Shown here one piece after another: positions 1 to 9,663 of a DNA stretch of 64,000 nucleotides. The stretch is taken from the NCBI GenBank assembly GCA_019307135.1, contig JAFDKF010000004.1, positions 2,591-66,590 of the forward strand, written 5' to 3'. Below the pieces are notes generated by a model. That model was not told where the DNA came from and did not search any database. It saw only the letters and a program-made list of their open reading frames with translations. Both the position numbers and the translations under genes were made by a program. The DNA is from Deltaproteobacteria bacterium. GTDB taxonomy: Bacteria; Desulfobacterota; Desulfobacteria; Desulfobacterales; C00003060. Each line of letters opens with the position of its first letter. Position 1 is the first letter of the stretch.

Positions 1-318
1 CGAAAAATGGGTGCGGTTGTGGATGAAATCGCCGCCTATCAGACTGAAGAGGCACGCGAAAACGTAGACGTGCTGATCAAGCGCCTGGAAGAAGGCTCTA
101 TCGACCTTCTGACTTTTACGAGTTCGTCTACGGTCAGAAACTTTAAGGCCCTCCTTCCACCTGAAAGGTTTGGAAGCTTAATTGAAGGGGTCACTGTTGC
201 CACCATCGGCCCGATCACAGCAGACACGGCCAGAGAACTTGGATTCAAAGTCGATATTATGGCCCGGGACTACACCATCGACGGGCTGTGCGAAGCCATC
301 ATCCAGCATTACACCTGA
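1..318 (+). CDS. hemD: Uroporphyrinogen-III synthase (HemD domain), 3' part; runs off the window start
   Basis: HemD C-terminal motifs AYQT, TFTSSSTV, IGPITA, YTIDGL. Confidence 0.9.
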   Translation, partial: RKMGAVVDEIAAYQTEEARENVDVLIKRLEEGSIDLLTFTSSSTVRNFKALLPPERFGSLIEGVTVATIGPITADTARELGFKVDIMARDYTIDGLCEAIIQHYT

Positions 319-369
319 AAATACCTTGTCACGCTGAAACTATCTCCGAGCAGGAGCCTGTCTTGCCTG

Positions 370-999
370 CTATTCCATGACGACAATCGTAACCCGGCGG
401 TTTTTCGCCCGGTTGCTGCGGGTATCATTGTCGGCAACAGGTTTGGATTCACCATAGGAAAAGGCGTTCATGCGGTGCAGTGGAATAGCGTGCTCCATAT
501 GCAGGTAACGCATGACCCCCTCGGCTCGGGCTTGTCCGAGCCTCAAATTGTGCTCTTCGGCCCCGATGTTGTCCGTGTGCCCTTGAATCTCGATGTAGAT
601 ATTCTTGTTTTCCCCTTTCACGACTCCGGCAAAAACATCGAGACACGTCTTGGCTTCATCGGAAACATTCCTTCTGTCAAAACCAAAATGAACCGACTCG
701 CCTGAGATCGTCGCCTCATAAAGCAACTTGCCCTCCGCCAGCTTGTGCGCCTCCTCAGCCCGTGACATCGCCTCCCGAACTGTGCTAGAATACTTCTGAA
801 TCAGACGGTTTTGCTTTGCAGCCGATTTATTCAAACTGGCGATCTCCGTCTGGTTCGCTACCACGTTCTTCCTGACCTCGCCAATCTTGGTGTCCATCGC
901 TGCGATTTGGTCTTTGACGTATTGTTCGGTTGCACATCCGATCATTCCTGACAAGAATATCCCTGTTACCACCACAACAGCAAAAAATGATCTCTTCAT
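370..999 (-). CDS. OmpA/MotB-domain lipoprotein
   Basis: Lipobox-like MIGC, coiled coil, then OmpA C-terminal motifs IQGHTD, NLRLGQARA, SYGESKP, NRRV. Confidence 0.9.
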   Translation of the reverse strand: MKRSFFAVVVVTGIFLSGMIGCATEQYVKDQIAAMDTKIGEVRKNVVANQTEIASLNKSAAKQNRLIQKYSSTVREAMSRAEEAHKLAEGKLLYEATISGESVHFGFDRRNVSDEAKTCLDVFAGVVKGENKNIYIEIQGHTDNIGAEEHNLRLGQARAEGVMRYLHMEHAIPLHRMNAFSYGESKPVADNDTRSNRAKNRRVTIVVME

Positions 1000-1040
1000 A
1001 ATCGCTCCTCCTCTTTAAAAAAATTTCGTCAACGCCTACC

Positions 1041-2405
1041 TCAAATCTTTTGAGAGAGTATGGCGACAAAGCGTTTGAACGGGTGTCTGAAATTTACCCT
1101 CGGGTCATAGGGATTCTCGGGATTGGAGAACTTTGTCGTCATGTGCTGTATACACTGAGACGCCTTGATATACGGAAAATCAAGTAGCAACGGCCTCTTT
1201 TTTTCCTCGGTTATGCGGAGGCTCTCCCTGTCGTACGGTATGGCCCCCAGGTATTCAGGCTTTATGCAGAACCGGTCTTCATTGGCATTAATGTTTTTAT
1301 CTGCAGTCTTCTCGATTGTGTCATAGAGCTTGAACCCCTGTTCAAGATTGCTCACCTGATTTATCACCAGCATGGGCGAGAATGTCCATTGAGGTGTGTA
1401 CTCGGAAAGCCTCCCTTCTAGCCTCTCTTCGATCTCCTTGAAGCGGGAAAAGACGGCCTTTGCACATGCGTAGCCGCTGATTACGTCCTGGGGTGTGGTG
1501 ATGATCACTGTGCGATCTGCTCCAAGAGCAAAATCGAGAACTGTGCGGGCAATCCCAGCGCCAAGATCAAAGATGGCAAAATCATAGCCCTGACTTATCT
1601 TTTGAAAGTGCCTGATAAATTTCATCTTCTGGGCATAGTTCAAATTGGCGAGCTTGAACTCACCGTATGTGCCGCATATGAGATCGAAGTTGAATCTTGT
1701 ACTAACGATAAGATCCTGCATCTGTTGGTTCTTCTCCAGAAAGTCCAGAAGGTGATGTTCAGGAAAAATACCAAGCTTGTTCGAAATATCAGCATTGCCC
1801 AAATCCGCATCGATAAGCAGAACCCTGGCTCCGGTGTTTGCCAGGGCTTGTGCAAGGTTGATGGAAAGATGTGTCTTTCCGACACCCCCCTTGTTGGAGA
1901 TGATGGAAACAGTAAGGGCCCTTATCTCGTCTTCCTTGGGCTGCTCAATTTGTGTGGTCATAAAAGCGCCTTGCCCGCTTTTACTCGCATGCTTTGCAGG
2001 CTGGCTATAAACCTCTTGCAGGGCCGTGGCAATTGAACTCCTTGGGGCAGCCGCGGGACGAATCTTGTAACCGGTAAGCAGTTCAAGGCTTCTAATTGCA
2101 ATTGGCTGCTCTGGAGTGGCCATTGCAACAACAAGGATATCATTGACAAGGCGAATAGGTAATGCCTGCCGCCTGAAGGCTATATCTCGATCAACCAGGG
2201 CAACAGCAGCAGGCTCAATATGCGTACACAAAGGATCCACAAAGGGTATTTTCATTTTCTTAGCAGTCGCCTTTGCGATCTGCGTCTCGGTATCAAGTCG
2301 GGTGGGGAGCGCGCATACCTTTGGAGACCCTTTGGAAAGTCCATCCTGTCTGTTTTGGACCTTACTTGTCTCCGCAACTTTCAGGTTTTTACTGTTTTCC
2401 CTCAT
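1041..2405 (-). CDS. Fusion of T2SSE_N (GspE/PilB N-terminal) domain and MinD/FlhG-type ATPase
   Basis: N-term IPFVD..IEPAAVALV..ALPI..LVVAMATP..LELLTG resembles T2SSE_N; C-term deviant Walker A KGGVGKT, IDADLG, FDLGAG, LGAIPYD. Confidence 0.8.
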   Translation of the reverse strand: MRENSKNLKVAETSKVQNRQDGLSKGSPKVCALPTRLDTETQIAKATAKKMKIPFVDPLCTHIEPAAVALVDRDIAFRRQALPIRLVNDILVVAMATPEQPIAIRSLELLTGYKIRPAAAPRSSIATALQEVYSQPAKHASKSGQGAFMTTQIEQPKEDEIRALTVSIISNKGGVGKTHLSINLAQALANTGARVLLIDADLGNADISNKLGIFPEHHLLDFLEKNQQMQDLIVSTRFNFDLICGTYGEFKLANLNYAQKMKFIRHFQKISQGYDFAIFDLGAGIARTVLDFALGADRTVIITTPQDVISGYACAKAVFSRFKEIEERLEGRLSEYTPQWTFSPMLVINQVSNLEQGFKLYDTIEKTADKNINANEDRFCIKPEYLGAIPYDRESLRITEEKKRPLLLDFPYIKASQCIQHMTTKFSNPENPYDPRVNFRHPFKRFVAILSQKI

Positions 2406-2501
2406 AGATTGATCTGCTGTCGTTCAAACGCAATCCCACAACAAAACGAGCTAAATCAGGCATCCTTCATTTTCGCCACAAAGTAGTTTACACCTATTGA
2501 C

Positions 2502-2712
2502 CAGTGTTCAGTGTTCAGTGTTCAGTGTTCAGTGTTCAGTGTTCAGGTTTCAGGTTTCAGGTTTCAGGTTTCAGGTCTTGCGTTTTCAGTTCTTGACACC
2601 TGAAACCTGACACCTGGTGCCTGGTTTCAGTGTTCAGGTTTCAGTGTTTTTTGTACCTGACACCTGAAACCTGACACCCGACACCAAAAAGTACACCTGA
2701 CACCAAAAAGTA
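2502..2712. repeat. Heptamer tandem-repeat array: (CAGTGTT)n and (CAGGTTT)n with inverted CCTGACA/CCTGAAA units
   Basis: Directly visible tandem 7-mers in both orientations. Confidence 0.95.
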
Positions 2713-2725
2713 CGAACAAAAGAAT

Positions 2726-2995
2726 TTATCTCTTGGCGCCCGCATTCTTGAAAAGTGTAAACCGAGGATACGTGACCTCTCGGAAGATCTGAGATGGCAC
2801 GTGATAGTAAACGTCTGTGTCGTGAACGGTTGGAATTTCGCTCTGCCTGAGTTGTTGTGTCACTTCATGAGGACACCCGGAACAACTCCAATACTTCCAG
2901 CGACGTTCGACGGCATGATCGAGACACTTGTCATAATGAGGGCAATACATGTTCCTGTTGCCTGACTTGTGAACGGGTTTCCGCCTCAGTTTCAT
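2726..2995 (-). CDS. Small Cys-rich hypothetical protein (89 aa)
   Basis: ATG at 2995 preceded by GGGAGG RBS; CPHYDKC...WSCSGC possible metal site. Confidence 0.7.
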   Translation of the reverse strand: MKLRRKPVHKSGNRNMYCPHYDKCLDHAVERRWKYWSCSGCPHEVTQQLRQSEIPTVHDTDVYYHVPSQIFREVTYPRFTLFKNAGAKR

Positions 2996-3221
2996 AACAG
3001 CCTCCCTCTGTTCTGCATTTTTGCTGTACATCGGTACAGTTGCGAAAAAGAACTGTAGGAGTCACAACAAAATGCATCAATGTGGTAATAATTGAACGTC
3101 TCGGAATTTCTACAACCCGTTGAAATTCCAAGAACTTTAGTCGACCACTCGACCACTCGACCAATTGCGTAGCGAAGCGGAGCTAAGTTCAATACTGAAA
3201 CACTCTACCGCCCCTTGTCAT

Positions 3222-3238
3222 ATGCAGGAACCATGCCG
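3222..3238 (-). promoter_or_regulatory. Putative sigma-54 (-24/-12) promoter
   Basis: Minus strand CGGCATGGTTCCTGCAT = GG-N10-GC, upstream of 2726-2995. Confidence 0.5.
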
Positions 3239-3302
3239 CAATATTGCAGACAAGTCATTAGAATGTCCTGGGAATTCTACAACCTATTAAAATTATAGCA
3301 CT

Positions 3303-3491
3303 CCCGCCTGCCACCTGCCCGCCATTGCCAAATATGCTAGCATTTGACCTGCCCGGTGTACCTGGCGAAGGCAGGCGGGTGCCGGCACATAAGCTCAATG
3401 CTGTCTCAGGCGTTGGCAGGCGGGTGCGAGCATTGAAGCTGCCCGGTGTGCCTGGCGATGGCAGGCGGGTGGCAGGCGGGTGGCAGGCGGG
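3303..3491. repeat. Nested GC-rich micro-element cluster (CCCGCCTGCC / GGCAGGCGGG ends)
   Basis: Five GGCAGGCGGG units; internal segments recur at 10610, 12062, 12350 and 55026. Confidence 0.85.
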
Positions 3492-3870
3492 GAATATTGG
3501 TTCGATTCGCGGTATGGCAATGTGTCAGGTTATTGACGCTTTGCAACACCAATGAACTACCCCCCATCCCCCTTTACTAAAGCTGAGCTATGGGGTCCCC
3601 TTTGAAAAAGGGGGATTGCGGAGTAACAATCGACTGATACCACCGTAATTTTGGGGTTGATTTTTTCTTGTCCAAAATATAGGTATAATTAATAAGTAAG
3701 AGCCTAAAGTTAATACGTAGGCGTTCACAGGTTCAGGGTTCACCGTTTCAGCCGCCGTAGCCTGCGGCTACTATGGCGAAGTCGGCTCAGGGTTACCTTT
3801 CTTTCGTTGACCTTGGGAGTTAGCTCCAGAGGGTGATGGCAATTTGACTAAGGATTAGAGAGGAGTTTTC

Positions 3871-5943
3871 ATGAGTGAATCTGTCAAGGAATTGAGAAAC
3901 GTCGGACTGGTTGGACATGGGGGAGCAGGGAAGACCTCCCTATCCGAAACCTTACTCTTTGACGCTGGGGTTACCAAGCGTTTGGGAAGTGTGGATGAGG
4001 GCAACAGCGTAATGGATTTTGAGCCTGAAGAAGTGCGGCGACACGCAAGCATCAGCACGGCCTTCCATCAGTATACCTGGAAAAAACACAAGGTAAACAT
4101 CATTGATACCCCCGGAGACGCCAACTTCTTCTCAGATGCCCGGTCCTGCCTCCAGGCGGCTGATGGCGCTATTGTAGTGGTGGAGGCAATCGACGGGGTG
4201 AAGGTGCAAACCGAACAGGCCTGGGAATTTGCAGACCAACTCGAGATGCCAAGGGTGGTTTTTATCAACAAGATGGATCGGGATCGAGCCGACTTTTTCG
4301 GAACTCTAAAGGATGTGGCCGGGACCTTCACGCCAAAACCGATTCTCTTACAATTGCCTATAGGTGCGGAAGAAAACTTCAAGGGAGTCGTCGATTTTAT
4401 CAGCCAAAAGGCATATTTTTACGAAGCAGATGGGAAACCCAAGGTCGTGGAGATTCCCGCGGAAATGCAAGACCAGGTGGCAACCGAGCGGGAGGCCCTG
4501 ATTGAAAACATCGCTGAAGCGGATGATGCACTCCTGGAAAAATATCTGGACGGTCATCCCCTTACGGATGAAGATCTCATGCAGGGGCTTCGCGCCGGCA
4601 CCCTTGGCCGTGCCTTTGTGCCGGTGCTGTGCGGTTCAGCAACCAGGAATATTGGCATCGATCGCTTGATGGATTTCATCAATGATTGTTTCCCGTCTCC
4701 CCTTGACCGTGGTCCAAAGGTTGGCATAGACCCTAATACAGGAGACAGGACGGAACGGCGTCCTGCTCTGGATGAGCCCTTTTCTGCCCTGGTTTTTAAG
4801 ACGATTGCCGACCCGTACACCGGAAGACTCAATATCTTCAGGGTCTATTCCGGAACCATGCGGGCAGACGGGTCGTTCTATAATGCAACCAAGAAAACCA
4901 GGGAGCGATATGGACAACTCTTTCAGATGGGTGGCAGGGAGCAGGAGGCTATTCCCCAGGCAGGTCCAGGTGATATCGTGGCTGTTGCCAAGCTGAAAGA
5001 AACGGCCACAGGTGACAGCCTGTGTGATGAGTCCAACAAGATACGCTTTGAAAGTGTTGAACCCTTGCCGGCCCTCATGTCCTACGCCATACAGCCCAGG
5101 TCCAAGAAGGATGAGGATAAGGTATTTACTTCCCTTTCCCGGTTGCTGGAGGAGGATCCCACCCTCAGGCTGGACCGGAACCAGCAAACCAGGGAGATTA
5201 TCATCTCGGGTATGGGTCATATCCACCTGGAAACCATTGTCGATAAACTCAAGCGCAAGTTCGGTGTGGAAGTGAACCTGAAAGCCCCCAAGATTCCTTA
5301 CAGGGAGACTATCAAGCAGTCGGTTAAGGGAGTAATATACCGGCACAAGAAGCAGTCAGGTGGAAGAGGTCAGTTTGCCGAGGTACATTTCGATATATTT
5401 CCCCTTGAAGAGGGAAAAGGCTTTGAGTTCGACCAGGCACTAACGGGTATGAACGTACCCCGCAACTTTGTGCCGGCAGTGGAAAAGGGTCTTGTTGAGG
5501 CCATGCAGTCCGGAGTGCTCGCTGGTTTTCCGGTTGTGGATGTAAAGGTCCGCTTCTATGATGGGAAGTCCCACGATGTGGACTCTTCTGAAATGGCATT
5601 CAAGATTGCCGCATCTATGTGTTTCAAGAAAGGCTTCCAGGAAGCCAACCCTATCCTGCTTGAGCCGATCATGAACCTGAGCGTCACTGTGCCCGAGGAC
5701 TACATGGGCGATGTCATAGGGGATCTGAATAGCAGGCGGGGGAGAGTCCTGGGTGTGGATGCCAAGGGCAAAAGACAGGTCATCCGCGCCCGGGTACCCA
5801 TGGCCGAGATTTTGAGCTATGCCCCTGATCTCACCTCTATGACCGGTGGTAGGGGGGCCTTTACGACAGAGTTTGACCATTACGAGGAAGTCCCGGCCCA
5901 AATTATCCAGAAGATCATAGAACAGACCAAGAGTAAAGAGTGA
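3871..5943 (+). CDS. fusA: Elongation factor G paralog (EF-G II type)
   Basis: GHGGAGKT, DTPG, NKMD, HKKQSGGRGQF, SHDVDSSEMAF; switch I is RHASI rather than RGITI; not in an rpsL-rpsG-fusA-tuf operon. Confidence 0.92.
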   Translation: MSESVKELRNVGLVGHGGAGKTSLSETLLFDAGVTKRLGSVDEGNSVMDFEPEEVRRHASISTAFHQYTWKKHKVNIIDTPGDANFFSDARSCLQAADGAIVVVEAIDGVKVQTEQAWEFADQLEMPRVVFINKMDRDRADFFGTLKDVAGTFTPKPILLQLPIGAEENFKGVVDFISQKAYFYEADGKPKVVEIPAEMQDQVATEREALIENIAEADDALLEKYLDGHPLTDEDLMQGLRAGTLGRAFVPVLCGSATRNIGIDRLMDFINDCFPSPLDRGPKVGIDPNTGDRTERRPALDEPFSALVFKTIADPYTGRLNIFRVYSGTMRADGSFYNATKKTRERYGQLFQMGGREQEAIPQAGPGDIVAVAKLKETATGDSLCDESNKIRFESVEPLPALMSYAIQPRSKKDEDKVFTSLSRLLEEDPTLRLDRNQQTREIIISGMGHIHLETIVDKLKRKFGVEVNLKAPKIPYRETIKQSVKGVIYRHKKQSGGRGQFAEVHFDIFPLEEGKGFEFDQALTGMNVPRNFVPAVEKGLVEAMQSGVLAGFPVVDVKVRFYDGKSHDVDSSEMAFKIAASMCFKKGFQEANPILLEPIMNLSVTVPEDYMGDVIGDLNSRRGRVLGVDAKGKRQVIRARVPMAEILSYAPDLTSMTGGRGAFTTEFDHYEEVPAQIIQKIIEQTKSKE

Positions 5944-5975
5944 CCTATAGGATTGCGGATTGCGGATTGCGGAAA

Positions 5976-6058
5976 CGAACTACCCCGCAGCAAGCTGCGG
6001 GGTATTGCGCATCTGATTTTTACAATTTAAACGAAGCAAGCTTCGGGGAATTAAACCC
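5976..6058. mobile_element. IS200/IS605-end-like palindromic mini-element (PATE-like)
   Basis: Hairpin CCCCGCAGC-AA-GCTGCGGGG plus second hairpin CGAAGC-AA-GCTTCG; related copy at ~47272-47370. Confidence 0.5.
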
Positions 6059-6152
6059 AACAATTCACGAAAATCTGTGTAATCTGCGTAATCTGCGGAT
6101 TAAAATCCGAAATCGAAAATGTGAAATGCAAAATATAGAACCCGTTAATCGA

Positions 6153-6791
6153 TCACGGATTGCACCTTTTGCACGGACTGTAGCCCGCCCAAAAGGCGTC
6201 GTATTTGGTTTTGAAGGTGATTCGGTGTTTGGGAGCGGTGGCTTTCCCAAAAGGACACGTCATCTGGTGGAAGCGTCTTGAATGGCGATTCCCAAGGTAT
6301 GGGCCTCTTTGATCAGGGAACCTCTTCCACATTCCCACCCTTTTTGCCATGGCTTCCCGCTGGAGACGAAGTAGTAGTGAATCGTATTTAGTGTTGGGCC
6401 TGCGAAACAGATAGTAGGCATAGCCGCCTTTTAGCAACTCAGCATTAACAAAGGTGCTGTCCTGCAAAAAGAGATAGGCCAGCACACGGCCATACTGATC
6501 CTGTTTTTCCCGGTCGAACTCGAGACGGACCTTCTTTTTGAATACCAATTTCCGGTTAAGATCTCTGGCCTCTGGGCCAAACCTTTCCGCAGGTCTGTCT
6601 TCGTGGGCCACCTCCGGAGCGTTGATCCCCACATATCTGACCCGTCTGCCATCAGCAAGCACAACGGTATCCCCATCGTCCACCCACCGCACCTGGTGAA
6701 GCGAATCCGCCAAAGCAGCACCATAAGGCCAGGAAAGGGTCAATAAAGAGACCACAAGTATTGTATATGTAAATCGAACTTTTGCTTTCAT
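6153..6791 (-). CDS. Thermonuclease (SNase) family protein with C-terminal Ada-type metal-binding domain
   Basis: N-terminal signal/TM segment; DGDT, VRYVGINAPE, DQYGRVLAY; tail GNRHSRRFH..C...GYSPCKRC; start refined to ATG 6791. Confidence 0.88.
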   Translation of the reverse strand: MKAKVRFTYTILVVSLLTLSWPYGAALADSLHQVRWVDDGDTVVLADGRRVRYVGINAPEVAHEDRPAERFGPEARDLNRKLVFKKKVRLEFDREKQDQYGRVLAYLFLQDSTFVNAELLKGGYAYYLFRRPNTKYDSLLLRLQREAMAKRVGMWKRFPDQRGPYLGNRHSRRFHQMTCPFGKATAPKHRITFKTKYDAFWAGYSPCKRCNP

Positions 6792-6929
6792 GGCAGTCCA
6801 ATCCGATTTCGGAATGCGGAATGCGGAATGCGGAATAACAAAAAAGGTGAGACGGACAGCACGCATCGTAATAGTTTTCTTAGAATTGCTTTCATTCCTT
6901 TAACTTTAGGCACTTTAGCTCACTTTAGC

Positions 6930-8063
6930 TCACTTTAGGCACTCCGTTATTGACCAATGATCAATGTCTACCCCACAATGCCGTGCGGCACTTTCATCCA
7001 GCATTCTCGATAATCCGCCGCGATCTTCGGGTACGAAACCCAGGGCCCGTTCCCATACCTCCTGGTCCTCCATACAAAAATAGAGCATCACATCAGGGGC
7101 CAGCTCCCTGATCCATGCTGCCATTTTTCGATAGAGCTCGATGCGCAGGGGCTTGAAATATCTCATTTTGCCATCCATACCCGGGATAAACTCACCGTAA
7201 ATGATCCTCGATCTTTGAAATCGTTTCCGGATGATCGGTTTTAAGGATGGCATAAAACGAAAGGAGCCAAGACTGATCCAGACAATGTTTTGGGCCGATA
7301 CACTTGCAAAAAGCTCTCTCACTAACCTTCTATAATCCTTTTCCCAGCCCTCGTACAAGATCAAAGGATCAAAATGAAATGCCAGGGGATACCCCCATGC
7401 CTCACACTGGACGGCAGCCTTCAGACGGGCCCGCATACTGGCGGTGGCGCGCTCCTCAGTGCGGATAATGGCCGGGGAATTGAGGGACCAGGCTACAATC
7501 GTCTTTTTATTATGCTCCAGGCCCCTGAGATTTTCAACTGCCGTTGTCTTGGTTTTCAATTCCAACACGACTCTGTCCTGTTGGGCAAAGTAGGGAACCA
7601 GGGCGCTTGAAAGTTCAGTCCATGGCTCCCATATCAGGCTGTCGGTAAACTCCCCGGTGCCAATCCGATGAAATGGTGGTCTCCTGGATCGAACAAGATC
7701 GTCCAGTTCCTTAAATAGCCTCTCTTGATTCACAAAATACTGCAAGACCGGAGGGTGAAAGTAGGCCTGTAGTATGCAGTAGGCACAGTCCATGGTGCAG
7801 TAGGTTCCGATATGAAGAATCTGGTACCCGCAACAGATATACGATTTAGTACCAGGACATTTTTTCAGGAAAGGCCCCTTATTGCGGGTAAGAAAGAGCA
7901 CACGTTTTCCTGCGGCTATGGGGTCTTGCATAGCAGTTAGGGCTTCATAGACCTTCGCCGCGTCAGGCACAACCGAGACCGGAACGGCCGGGAGGGATTG
8001 TTGCACAGTACCAACAGCAGGATGGTGCTTGACCGCTTCATCGATGTACAGCCTTGAAATCAT
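6930..8063 (-). CDS. Spore photoproduct lyase-like radical SAM protein
   Basis: CxxxCxxC (CTMDCAYC), GEFTDSL, LELKTK, WSLN, FHFDP, YFCME; start refined to ATG 8063. Confidence 0.8.
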   Translation of the reverse strand: MISRLYIDEAVKHHPAVGTVQQSLPAVPVSVVPDAAKVYEALTAMQDPIAAGKRVLFLTRNKGPFLKKCPGTKSYICCGYQILHIGTYCTMDCAYCILQAYFHPPVLQYFVNQERLFKELDDLVRSRRPPFHRIGTGEFTDSLIWEPWTELSSALVPYFAQQDRVVLELKTKTTAVENLRGLEHNKKTIVAWSLNSPAIIRTEERATASMRARLKAAVQCEAWGYPLAFHFDPLILYEGWEKDYRRLVRELFASVSAQNIVWISLGSFRFMPSLKPIIRKRFQRSRIIYGEFIPGMDGKMRYFKPLRIELYRKMAAWIRELAPDVMLYFCMEDQEVWERALGFVPEDRGGLSRMLDESAARHCGVDIDHWSITECLK

Positions 8064-8083
8064 GGGTATAAAGTGCCTAAAGG

Positions 8084-8141
8084 TCGTAGCGTGCCCCCTC
8101 CGCGGGGCACTTGTTGTGGGGGACGGAGCCCCCACGCTACG
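8084..8141. repeat. GTAG-type REP doublet
   Basis: CGTAGCGTG...CACGCTACG inverted ends with internal hairpins; similar GTAG pair at ~42470-42530. Confidence 0.6.
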
Positions 8142-8381
8142 GAAGGTAGCATGCCCTCATTAACGAGGACCGAGCAACTGCCGAGCTTCCCTGGGCTTTT
8201 CTCTGGCCCCACGCCACGCAAATATCTTCGTTCATATCACAAGGTGGGGAATCATCCCAAAATGGTGTTTTTGGTGTAGATAGCCCCGTACCATTCGCGG
8301 TTGAGTGGTTAAGTTGTTTTCGAAATAACCATTCAACTACTCAACTACTCAACTACTCAACCATTCGACTTAGCTCACTTG

Positions 8382-9344
8382 TCAAAAAGGTTCCAAGAGC
8401 CTTTTCAGGGCGGGGTTTTTGGCCATGGCATCGAGGGTCTTGCGGCGTTCGTCAAAATCTTTCATGCCCTTGAAGGTCATGCGCAGCGTATGAGGGCCCC
8501 CTTCAAAATAAGGGGGTGCCGTCATATGCACGTGTTCGTTCAGCTTCAGGGCCTTTAGTTCTTTTGAAAACCTTTTTTCTGCTTCCGTCAGCGTTGGAAA
8601 CCGGCGCTGTTTCAGATGGGCCCTAACCTTCGAACCCTTCTCGTTACGATTCAACTCAGCCCGATCCAGTATGGTTCTGATCTCCTTGGATTGTAGGATC
8701 TCTGCGGGCTTAAGGTCTTCGCGAATCGCGATCTCCCGAACCAGTGTGATGACCTCTCTTTGTTTGTTCTGGCTAAGCTTAAGCACCTTGAAAAGTTCAA
8801 AGAAAGACAAGGCATCTTCTCTGGAAAATTCACTCAAATCGACTGCTGCTTCAAAGGAGACGGTTTCATCCATCACACCTGCCTGGATGGCTCCCGGAAG
8901 CCGGGACAAAGACCCTATCTTCTTAAACACCTTCTGGTTTTTGGGAAATCCGAGCACTGAGGACAGCATCTGAAGGCGGTTTCGGCAAGGTAGGTGGGGA
9001 GAGAGCTTTTGAATCCCTTGTGCCTGTTCGACAACGTTTAATTGACGATGAGATCGGTTATCAAATATCGATAGCTTGAGGCAGTCTATCTCTGTGGAAC
9101 TTCCCTTCAGGACCCGCGCCTTGATTTCATGCCACCCCAGGGCCTTGCACGCCATGATCCGACGAAAACCGCATACGATTTGATACTTCAAATCCTGCCG
9201 CTGTCTCAAAACCGGTGGATTAATAAGACCAACAGCCTGAATAGAGTCAACCAGTGCGTACGGGTCGGTACGGAGACTCAAGCGGCACGTGTCATCTTTT
9301 GTGTCGATTTCGGAAATGGAGATGACCTTGTCTGTATATTTCAT
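8382..9344 (-). CDS. ParB/Srx N-terminal domain protein
   Basis: SIQAVGLINPP and YQIVCGFRR (ParB box-II-like GxRR), followed by helical region. Confidence 0.8.
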   Translation of the reverse strand: MKYTDKVISISEIDTKDDTCRLSLRTDPYALVDSIQAVGLINPPVLRQRQDLKYQIVCGFRRIMACKALGWHEIKARVLKGSSTEIDCLKLSIFDNRSHRQLNVVEQAQGIQKLSPHLPCRNRLQMLSSVLGFPKNQKVFKKIGSLSRLPGAIQAGVMDETVSFEAAVDLSEFSREDALSFFELFKVLKLSQNKQREVITLVREIAIREDLKPAEILQSKEIRTILDRAELNRNEKGSKVRAHLKQRRFPTLTEAEKRFSKELKALKLNEHVHMTAPPYFEGGPHTLRMTFKGMKDFDERRKTLDAMAKNPALKRLLEPF

Positions 9345-9411
9345 TTTGATAAGAATCGTCGAGATCTAGTAAATTCCGGTACGTAGCCGGTAATATGACA
9401 AAATGGAATTA

Positions 9412-9591
9412 ATTTCGAAATACGAAATCCGAAGCACGAAACAAATACAAATGACCAAAGCACAAAATCATAAACAAAAGGAGCTTATGAAAATTTTCGG
9501 GGCAATACTGCAGAAAACGGCATGAGGTTTTGGTGATTGGAATTTTGAATTTCGAATTTGTTTCGGATTTCGATATTCGGATTTCGAATTT
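9412..9591. repeat. Inverted pair of degenerate heptamer arrays (CGAAATx... / ...xTTTCG)
   Basis: CGAAATACGAAATCCGAAGCACGAAAC on the left; TTTCGGATTTCGATATTCGGATTTCG on the right. Confidence 0.75.
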
Positions 9592-9663
9592 ATCCCAAAT
9601 CATGCGTCAACAGTAATTGGCCGAAAAAGAATATTCACATATTCCAATCATGCCGCGCGTCAG

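Noticed and set aside
3303-3491. GGCAGGCGGGT repeats with ~34-nt intervals as a CRISPR
   Set aside because: Repeat is too short, and the intervals recur at other loci as parts of a dispersed element
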